Shown here: one piece after another, positions 54,219 to 64,000 of the stretch
Layout of the letters: the number at the start of each line of letters is the position of its first letter
Position numbering within the stretch: position 1 is the first letter of the stretch
Origin: Octopus sinensis
Taxonomy: Eukaryota
Direction: 5' to 3'
DNA length: 64,000 nucleotides
NCBI RefSeq assembly: GCF_006345805.1
Contig: NC_043004.1
Coordinates: 19,034,001 to 19,098,000 of the forward strand
Notes under the pieces: generated by a model
Told to the model about the DNA's origin: nothing
Seen by the model: the letters and a program-made list of their open reading frames with translations, nothing else
The model's database searches: none
Position numbers and translations under genes: made by a program

Positions 54219-57200
54219 GTGGGTGTATATGTATGTGTGTGTATATATATAAATGTATATATGTATATGTAAATATATATATATATGTGTGTGTGTATAT
54301 TTTTGAGTATGTGTGTATAAAGATATGTGTGTGGCTGTGTGTGTGTATAGATATTTATATCTGTAAATATGCTTAAGGATATAGTAATGTATATATATAT
54401 TTACTAGGGTTTAACTGTAGATATGTGTGGAGATGTGTGGGTATATTTAATGCCGTGTATTTAATGCAGTGCATATTGAGGCATACTTGCATACGTCCGG
54501 GCATGTTAGTTTATATATATGTGTATGACTACATGTATATACACACACATATACATATGCTATAAACTTATAAAGCTAGTAACTTGTAGTGGCGGGTTTG
54601 GGTAAACTGACCATTCATCACAACGATATCGAATTACAACCTCATTAAGAAGTTATTTATGACTACTACCATCCCATCCCATCAAAGCCAAAATATTATT
54701 CTCAGCTCTTTTAGTATCTTATCTCTTTGTCTCTTACTCTACCTTATAGTCTCAATTCTTTTGTTTTTATTAAAAAATTTTTCTTTGTTATTTTATTCTT
54801 ATTTGGGTAATTCTTATTTATATGTGGTTTTAACTTTATTTTTACTTTTTTAATTATTTTTGCTTTTACTACCCTTGTCTTTTGCTTTCATTGTCTTTTA
54901 TTTCCAGTACCCTAGCCCCTTATTTCTTATTTTAAAAAATTTTTAACGTTTATTTTTTAAAATTTTCTCTCTCTATTTTCTTTTCTCTCTACTCTTCTTT
55001 TTTCTTTTTTTCTTTCTATTTTATTTTCTTTCCTATCTTATACAAGAGAATTGAATACAAACCCAATTCAATCTCTTTAACATTCACTCTATGTTGACTG
55101 GTGATACACTATGGGCAGATATTCGAAATCCAATGAATTTTTATACATTTATACAGTTAGGAAATTTTACAAATACTCTTCCTCAGGGAGATATGATATA
55201 CCTATTATAATGGGTAATACTACATGTATTTTTCATATTTTTTATATTGTGATGTAACTCTTTGGAATAACAATGTTTGCGGCTGAAGAGAGCTTTAAAC
55301 CATCTTTTATATCAATAATACCCTGATGTAAGAACGGATTGTTTATATAGCTTGAAGCACGTGTACCGCGATATCCTTTGTGTTCTGGTTTTAATTTTAT
55401 TTGATATATTCTGTCACCTCTGCCACTATCTGGCATATACAGGTGCTTACACTTATCAAGTATTCACCCTAAATTTACAGCACCTAATATATGTATACAT
55501 ATACATGCTGAAAAACGCGCACGCACCCATGCTATATGGGATCAGTAAATAGAAGCTATAATTCCATATGCAACGAGCATCTTTGAAGCTTAAGGCACAG
55601 GGAGAAGCGAGATACTACACACCCCGATCTTAAATCTGGTAACTTTAAAACGAGAACGTCAGCTACAAAAAAGATCCTTTCTAAGATCAAACCCTAATAT
55701 AATGGGTCAAAAAGATATCCCATATGCCCGCGCGAAAACTTTATATTTTAAAAATCTTAAGAAACTTATCTTTTAAAAACTTAATAACAGAAGAAATATG
55801 CTTTTTTTGTGTTCGCATTTAAAAAAAATATTTATTAGCGAAAATTAAAAATAAATCAGCAGGCACAGTATAAATCATTCCAGTATTGGTTTATGTGTTT
55901 TTGATATCCACAAGGCACATTTACCCCGAGTCTGAGAAATGGTGAAATAAATGCATAATTTTCCCAGAAAACTCTTGGTGGCTGTATTTTCAAACGCATG
56001 CAGTTTTTATCTTAATAATATGCATACTTCCTACTTATATGGTCACTAAAGTGACGGAGGGCCGTTCTACTTGTTAAGCCTTACCGCGCAGTATATGTGT
56101 ATGATTGTGTGTGTGAGTGTGAAGACAAACCCGAAGGCTTTGTAAGATACGGAGACAGAGTGACTATAGAAGTCTCTTAGTACAATAATAATTATATAAT
56201 ATATATCATAATAATAATATATATATCCTAATCTAAAGCGACATTTTTCACATAAACAATTGCCTGAACTATGATGAGCTACCCCAGGCCAGAATCAAAC
56301 CCTCATATCAAGGCTAACATGGCTCCACGCGCAGCAATTTGGGCCAAACGCTCAGCCATCAATTTCAGCCAGTTTATGAATATATACTTTAATTTTTCAA
56401 TACTACATATAATATTTGTAAACAAACCCGAAATGCTTTGTGAGTTACGGAGATACTGCGACTATAGTAATCTCTTAGTACAATAATATAACTATATAAT
56501 GATATATCATAATAAGGATATACATATATATTCCTATTTAATGCACAAGTATTCGAACACGCGCTTACGCACACTAATGATTCACACAGTGCTGATATGC
56601 ACAGCTCATACATACTTTCAAATATTTCGGCACGCAATTATTCACACATAGCTGGTACTTAGCCGCACTCATCCTAGTAAGCATACTAGCACATATATCT
56701 GATACGCAGCCGCACACATACGTGAACACATTCCAACAAACACGCACATACACACTAACAAGCTGATGTCTTCATCTCTCTCACACACATACACACCAGC
56801 TTACATTCACGCGAATCCCGCCACGCGCACACATATAGCTCATACAGAAACATAGGCATCAGACATCCACACCCTCGCGCTCATAAATCTAGTATGCATA
56901 CACACACACACACACACGCATGTGCACGCATGCACTGGCTTTATATTTGATGGCCTGCAATTCCATTCAATGGCCGACCAGACAGCAAGGCGCCACCAAC
57001 TTTCTTCCCAATTAAGTGGTCCAAGAATTTTTCCTTTTTAATGCACCTGGTGTCACTGGAATAAGAGAACCATATGATCTCTAAATGTTTCCGTACGAAT
57101 TAAGAGAATCAAGCATCGACAAAGCCAGAAAGACTTCGCCTAATCAGTAGATAAGAGCTATGTGCTGTGATATGCACTGCCAAAATGTGTAAAACATCAA

Positions 57201-57318
57201 TGAATTTTAGCATGTAATAAAATCCATACATGTGACGCCAGCCATATATGTATGCGGACACTGCATACATACATACATACATTCATTTATACATATATAC
57301 ATATATATACCACACAGA

Positions 57319-57381
<63 letters not shown>

Positions 57382-57513
57382 CAAGAAAAAGCAACAAGAA
57401 TGGATTAGTTGTTCAGTACAATTGTTTCATACGAAGAACAGCTTTATTAAAAGTTAAGTACCGCATTCATGTGAATTCATTGGAACTCACTTGAATCTTA
57501 ATTGTTTTACTGA

Positions 57514-57570
<57 letters not shown>

Positions 57571-57600
57571 TGCATATCTACATACATATATGTACATACC

Positions 57601-57645
<45 letters not shown>

Positions 57646-58360
57646 ATATACATGCACATATGGGTACAGGTCATCAAAAAAAGTTGAACACAATGAGAAA
57701 CGAAAATATAAAAACAGAAATATACAAACGAACTTTTTTTCGAACAATGAAAAAATACAGAGAAACGAGAATACAGCATAAAGAATATTCCCTTTCTTCA
57801 GTTGTCCCTGTTTCATCTACTCCGCGTTCCGAAGGTAAAAATGCAGTTTTGGGGATAAATAGATATGAGGTTATTCTATTTCAGATAATCCAAAGAAAAC
57901 AAAAATAATAACCTAATGAGTATATCTGAAATGGTATCCATTTGAACATCAGGAAATAATACTTAAAGGAAATAACTCTTTAGTTTAGTTAAATATGAAG
58001 GAACTACACGTGTTTCAGTATTGGAAGATTACAATATACATACACGCGCGCGCGCACGCAAACATATATATATATACATATATATATATACATGTATGCA
58101 ATCATCAGATTTACAATTATTCCAACACATTTTCAGGTCCTTTTTCAAAATATTATAAATCTAAATTTACATCCCTTTGAAAAGAATAAGCAATAAAATT
58201 AATCATTAAAAATAAAGAATAAAATTAATACTTTGTAATAAATATGAATTAATATATATATATATATATAAATTTTAATCCAAACGGGAAACAAAAAAAC
58301 AACAACAATGGAACAATTACAGTATTATTATTAATAGGCGCTCAGGAAATGGAAGCAGGG

Positions 58361-58398
58361 AGGTATGACGTTTCGAGCGGAGCTCTTCGTCGGAGACA
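58361..58398 (-). ncRNA. Minimal hammerhead-like motif in a Penelope-like fragment (about 58335-58600)
   Basis: CCGACGA-A-GAGC-TCC-GCTC-GAAACGTCA; same stem II/III layout as 21836-21872. Confidence 0.4.
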
Positions 58399-58659
58399 TA
58401 AAGAAGGAAGAGAGAGGAAAGAAAGATCCCAGAGCGGGCAACAGGGAAAGAGAAAAAAGACGACTGGTGTTTACGAGTTGCACATGGTGAAAGGCGGATG
58501 TTTACGAAAACAGAGCAAAGTGGGTTTTTAAAGGCAAAAGAGTGGAGATAAGGTTGGTAACGCAACAGATGTGTGTGTATGTGTGAGTGTGTGCGTGTGC
58601 GTGTGTGTATGTGTGTGTGTGAGGCGAGATAAAAAAACACAAAAATATATATGTGTGTG

Positions 58660-61308
58660 TTAGTGTGTGCGTCTGTGTGTAGGCGTGTGAGGTAGGGCGA
58701 GACTAGTGGTCAGCTTAGCAGGCAAGGTCAGTAGTAAGAAAAAGAAGGAAGGAGGAAGGGAGGGAGGGGAAGGGGTGGGGCGTATGTAGCGTGCCAGCGT
58801 GTGTTGAGTAGTAGTGTGTGTGTGTGTCCAGTGTCGTGGTGGTATTAATGGCGAGTAGATTGAATGTGTGTAAGAGTAATGTATATATTTAAGCAATGTG
58901 TGTATATGTGTGCGCGTGTGTGTAACGAAAAAGGGGGGGGTTAAGGAAAAAGGACTCCAGCTGAGGGGAAGATGGAAGAGTGGTCCCGCGGAGACGGGCG
59001 TGGGAAAACCCAACGACACGCGACGGTCCCAGGAACGGGCGGGAGGTCTCGTCGGGTCCAAGAGCGAGGTGACTGCGGCGCGTATGCGTGCGCGAACCGG
59101 CGCAAGCGCGTGCGTGCATGCGCCTGCGAGTATGTGCGTAAGTATGTATGTGTGTGGATGTGTGAGTGTGTCTGTGTGTATGTCCGGGTGGCAGTGTGTC
59201 CGATGAATGTATGTGAGTATGTGTGTATGTATGTGTGTGCATAGATGTATGTCCGTGTGTGTGTGTGTGTGTGTATGTGTGTGAGTGTGTATGTATGTAC
59301 GTGTGGGTGTGGGGAAGTGTGTGTATGTGCATGTGTGTGCGCGTACATACAGGTGTGTGAGTGAGTGTGTGTGTATGTATGTGTGAGTGTGTATGTATGT
59401 GTGTGTAGGATGCATGTATGTGTATGGGTGTATGTATGCGTGTGTGTATGTATGTATGTGTACGTGCGTGTGTGTGTGTGTATGCGTGTAGGTGTGCGCG
59501 TGTGCATGCATGTATGCATGCATGTGCGTATGTGTGTGTGTGTGCATGTGTGTGGGTATATATGTATGTGCGTATATGTGTGTGTATGTGCGTACATGTG
59601 TGTGTGTGTATGCATGTGTGTGTATGTAGGTGTGTAGGCGTGTGTGTATAGGTGTATGTATGTAAGTATGTATGGGTGTGTCCGTGTATGTGTGTGTATG
59701 TATGTGTGTGTATGTAGGTGTGTGGGCGTGTGTATATGTGTGTGTATGTAGGTGTGTGGGCGTGTGTATATAAGTGTATGTGTGTATGTCTGGGTGTGTC
59801 CGTGCATGTTTGTGTGTGTGTGTGTATGCATGTGTATGTAGGTGTGTGTGTACGTTTGTAATGTATGTGTGTATGCGTGTGTATGCGTGCGTGTGTGTAT
59901 GTAGGTGCGTGTGTATGTGTGTGGGAATGTAGGTGTGTGTGCGTGTGCGTGTGCGTGTTTATGTTGGTGTGTGCGTATGTGAGTGTGAGTGTATGGGTGT
60001 TTGTCATGCATGTGTGTGCGCGTGCAGGTGAGTGTGTGTGTAAGTATGTGTGTGTGTATGTTTGTGTGAGTGTGTATGTGTGTATGTCTGTGTGTATGTA
60101 TGTGCGTATAGGAGTATGTGGGTATGTGTGTGTGTATGTATATGGGTGTATGTATGTATGTGTGTGTGTGTGTGCATGTAAGTATATGTGTGTGTGCGTA
60201 TGTGTGTATATGTGTATGTGTGTGTGTTTATGTATGTGTGTATGTATGTGTGTAGGCGTGTGTGTGTAGATGTATGTATGTATGGGTGTGTGTCCATGTG
60301 TGTTTGTGTGTGTGTGTAGGTAGATGTGTGTGTCTGAGTGAGGGTATGGCTGTGTAGGTGTGTGTGTGTATGAATGTAAGTGTGTGTGTATACAAGTGTA
60401 ATGTATGTATGTAGGTGTGTGTGTGTGTGTATGTGTACGTGTGCGTGTGTATGTGTGTGTGTGTATGCGTGTGAGTGTGAGTGTATGGGTGTATGTCTGT
60501 GTGTGTGTATGTCTGAAGTAGGTATGTATGTGTATGTATGTGTGTGTGTGTGCAGGTATGTGTGTGTATGTGTGTGTGTGAGTAGGTGTGCGTGTATGTA
60601 TGTGGGTAGGGATGCATGTGAGTGTGTGGGTATGTATGCATACATACGCACGCGCACATCCGAAGCAAGCCCACACACACGAAGCGCGCTCACGCAACAA
60701 CGCACAAGCAGTACAACGCAAGCCCAAGGGGCCGACCAAGCCCCAGCGCGCGCCAAGGCGCGCGAGCGCAAAGGCCCTCGAACCGAGGGAACCGAGGATC
60801 CATCAGCCAAAACCGGAAAGCAGAAAAGAGGGGGGGGCTGCCTGGATGCAAAAAGGTGTATGTGTGTGTGCATTCAGTGTAAGGGTGTGCATGTGTAGGT
60901 ATGTATGTATGTATGTGCCTACATGTATGTTTGCATGTGTGTGTGTGAAGTATGTACGTGCGGTGTGTGTGTGTGAGTGTGTGTGTATGTATGTGCGTAT
61001 GTATGTGTGTGTGTGTGTGTAAGTATGTATGTGTGTGCGTATGTATGTATGTGTGTGTGTATGTGTGTGCGTATGTATGTATGTGTGTGTGTATGTGCAT
61101 GTTGGTTTGTATGTTAGTGTGTGTTAGTATGTCTGTAAGTGTGTGTGATTAAATGTGTGAATGTATGTACGTAGATGGGTCTACGTATGTGTGTGTATGA
61201 ACAGGCGTGTGGGAGGTAGGTGGGTGGGTGGGTGTGGGAGGTAGGTGGGTGGGTGTGTGCGTGTGGGAGGTAGGTGGGTGGGTGTGTGTGGGTGGTGTGT
61301 CCACAAAA

Positions 61309-61310
<2 letters not shown>
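58660..61310. repeat. ~2.6-kb degenerate (TG)n/(TATG)n low-complexity tract with two GC-rich islands
   Basis: Direct inspection; islands at about 58930-59120 and 60650-60860. Confidence 0.85.
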
Positions 61311-61348
<38 letters not shown>

Positions 61349-62372
61349 TTGAGGTTATAATAGATAATGGCGTCGTGGAAAAACTAATCTTGATACCAGC
61401 AAAAAAGGAAGATATGTATTATAATTTTTCTTGCTATAATTCACGTTTAATACAGACACTTTTATTCTGAAGTATAATTGTATATCTTATAATTTGTATT
61501 TGACATTATACACTGACTTTACAAGGCTGATGCATATATATATATATATTATATATATATATATATAATATACTAATTCATATTTATAATGTATAATTTA
61601 TAAATTTTAATTCTTAATATTACAAAGTATAATTTTAATTTTTAATTTTTAATATATATTGTAATCTTCCAATACTGAAACACGTGTAACTCCTTCATAT
61701 TTAATTAATTTAGTGTTAACTAAACTAAGAGATAATGAAGGAAGTATAGTATATGGGGTAGAAAGGGCTCCTTAGCCGTAGTGAAGGCAATCTGTCTAGG
61801 GAGATAACCTTACAATAAATCACTCGGTCCGTAGCTTAGAAATACTGGGTTGACGTCCAGCGGGAACAGCTTTGTTTCATGGAGGGGGAAAGATCTTCTT
61901 TAGTACTTGGTTGTACAATGGTTTCCAATGTATGTAGTAGTGGAGCGCGCACACATTATTAGCCATTTGAAAAGACTATGTAAGTCTCGACCACGGGTAT
62001 AATGGTTATGTTCTTTAAGTATTATTTCGTGATGTGCAAATGGATACCATGAGTTTACTTTCAGATATACGCATTAGGTTAGTTTTTTGAATTATCTGAA
62101 ATAGAATACCCGCATATCTATTAATCCCCAAAACTTAATTATTATTGACTTGTATGAGATACTTTGTGTATTTCTGCATAAATATATAAATATATGATAA
62201 ATAAGACCGTATGTAATGGTGAAAGTTTGGAAATTCGTTTTCCAAAATTATTTAAGTTTTATATATATTATTATTTTTTCATCTTTAATTTCCCTTAGAC
62301 CCATCTTTATTATAATTTACTTTCAATTTAGCATTATGCCTTCTTATAATTTTTCCTCTCCTCAAAAGCAGA

Positions 62373-62770
62373 AATTTAATTTACTGCATCAAATGCCCTA
62401 ACTGTGAAGATATACGTTGGTCAGACTGCCAATGCATTATCAGAATATTCACGTGAGCACCAACACCAAATTAGAGATCCTGATGTCATCAGATACCTTT
62501 AAGCATCCATCTCGAAACATGTGTTCAGAAAAAGTTTATAAAATTACCATTCAACAAACTGCAGAACTAAAGGATAAAGCCAACTATTTTGCTACAGTTG
62601 TTAATTTTGGAACACGAATATCACTACATAAACCTGAAGATTGTGTACCACATGAAAGTACAAGTTTATTTAAATATTGTAAGAATTTAAAATTGAAAAT
62701 AATAGCACGTAAAAATCAGAATAAGATGGAGTTTCATTGATTAATATATTGTTCTATACACAATTATACA
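62373..62770 (+). mobile_element. Penelope-like 3' remnant: GIY-YIG plus pseudo-LTR hammerhead
   Basis: NLIYCIKCPNCED-(frameshift)-YVGQTANALSE...HQHQI, followed by the motif at 62629-62668. Confidence 0.75.
62629..62668 (+). ncRNA. Minimal hammerhead-like motif, mutated cleavage triplet
   Basis: TAAAC-CTGAAGA-T-TGTG-TAC-CACA-T-GAAA-GTAC-AA-GTTTA: 5-bp stem I, U.U at 10.1/11.1, U16.1 replaced by A. Confidence 0.5.
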
Positions 62771-64000
62771 GACTCAGTTATATATGTGTGTGTATGTGCG
62801 CGCGTGTGTTTGTGTACGTGTGCGTGTGTGTTTGCTTGTATGTGTGTGTGCGTACGTGAGTGTGTGTGTGTATGTGAGGTATATACGCATACACATATAT
62901 ACAGATAAATATATTATATACATAGCAACATATGCATGCACATATTTATATACAGATATATGTATAATATACATAAATACAGTTGCATAACAACTCCACA
63001 CAAGCAACCCCAAGCACCTGTGGAATTTCCCTACAGCACAAAATATCTTACTTGACCGGTTTCGCCAGAGTTGTATTTCTATATACTAGCGGTTTCTTTA
63101 ATAAATAGTGTTCATTAGGCAACGGTTTTAGCGACCAGTTCAGGGTAACCAATTCCATAGAAAGTATCGGATGTAACTCATTCATTGTATTGTAAAATTT
63201 CGAGTCTCTGCTGGCTGACTAGCAGGGTGTGAGTAATTTTTAAAGAAACGTATCGATTTTATTTTCGTTTGGGTAGGTAAAAGAATGCGATACATAACAA
63301 GTTGAAACTGTTGTTAAAGTCATAGATGTGATTGAAATATGAGACATAGTAACTGTGAAAGTTGGTGAGGGATGGTAAGTTTTGATTAATGATATAACGA
63401 ATTTACATCACTGAACGAGGCAAAGCTATGGGCTTCAGTAAAGTCTATAAAGATGTTACGGTTGTTGGGTTTTATCTTGGTCGCTGTGTTCTGTCGATGA
63501 TATTCATCAAAGGAGAAAATGATAAACTTTAAATATATAATTGAACGCAATAATGTTGACAAACAAACGGAAAATAAGGTGTGACACATGCGTACATAGA
63601 CGCACAAGCATACACACATACATGCATCCACAAACATCCACACACATACACACACACATACTGTATTATGATGCTCTGGTTGATGAACACGCATGTACAT
63701 ATACTTACACTTACATATATATGCGCACGCCGCACTCACAAACAAGCACGTGCGCGCGCATACACACTTGACTTACAGTTAAACAAAGGGGCTTTTATGC
63801 AAAAAGAGAGCATTGTAATACTTTTTGATACATTCCATTAAAAAGTTTATTTGTTCATAGTTTTCCTTTGTTCTCTTTTATCGCCAATTAGACACTAAAG
63901 TGGCTATAAGGATGGGTTAGACTACAAATTGCTGGCCGCTGAATAAAATCCTTGTTCAAATATAATAGATTTACTTCCTGATTATCTTGATTATATTCTG

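Larger units (their letters stand above)
57850..62130. repeat. Old inverted-repeat arms enclosing ~3.3 kb
   Basis: 57850-57968 inverts to 62012-62130; 57975-58045 to 61650-61735; 58190-58270 to 61560-61650. Each arm has a private insertion. Confidence 0.75.

Noticed and set aside
54590-55560. Mitochondrial insertion (NUMT)
   Set aside because: TGA read-through extends one frame, but no respiratory protein, rRNA or tRNA features were recognised.
58889-60739. 616-aa His/Thr/Tyr-rich ORF (and overlapping 356/295/289-aa ORFs) as a metal-binding protein
   Set aside because: Entirely low-complexity TG-tract translation; open in several frames and strands at once.
63052-63120. Minus-strand GAAACCGGTC hammerhead-like tail
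   Set aside because: The upstream core is CTAATGA, about 50 nt away, with no convincing stem II or stem I.

Overview
Strongly AT-rich, microsatellite-dense eukaryotic non-coding DNA (intergenic or deep intron). The repeat families look like those of an octopod cephalopod; this is inferred from recalled repeat sequences, not from a search. No host gene can be named. Nearly all long ORFs in the supplied track are artefacts of (TA)n, (TG)n, (TACA)n or (TCTA)n repeats. The protein-like ORFs are transposon relics: CR1/L2-group LINEs (7.4-8.0, 10.4-11.9, 30.2-31.1 kb), an RTE LINE (46.5-47.2 kb), a Ty3/gypsy gag-protease (24.6-25.6 kb), a near full-length DD37D Tc1/mariner element with TIRs and TA TSD (31535-32810), and two Penelope-like GIY-YIG remnants (17.4 and 62.4 kb). 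There are also many tRNA-derived SINEs, MITEs and a Helitron-like element. The most notable signal is about 14 type I hammerhead-ribozyme (HHR) or HHR-like motifs from several unrelated sequence families, folded by eye. Several sit on both strands of long perfect or near-perfect palindromes (3.7 and 4.0 kb in tandem, 39.0 kb, possibly 47.4 kb) or in a scrambled inverted-repeat unit (2.8-3.3 kb). This fits Penelope pseudo-LTR or retrozyme-like biology, with recurrent non-canonical core variants. Several near-identical (TA)n-flanked duplications may be assembly artefacts.
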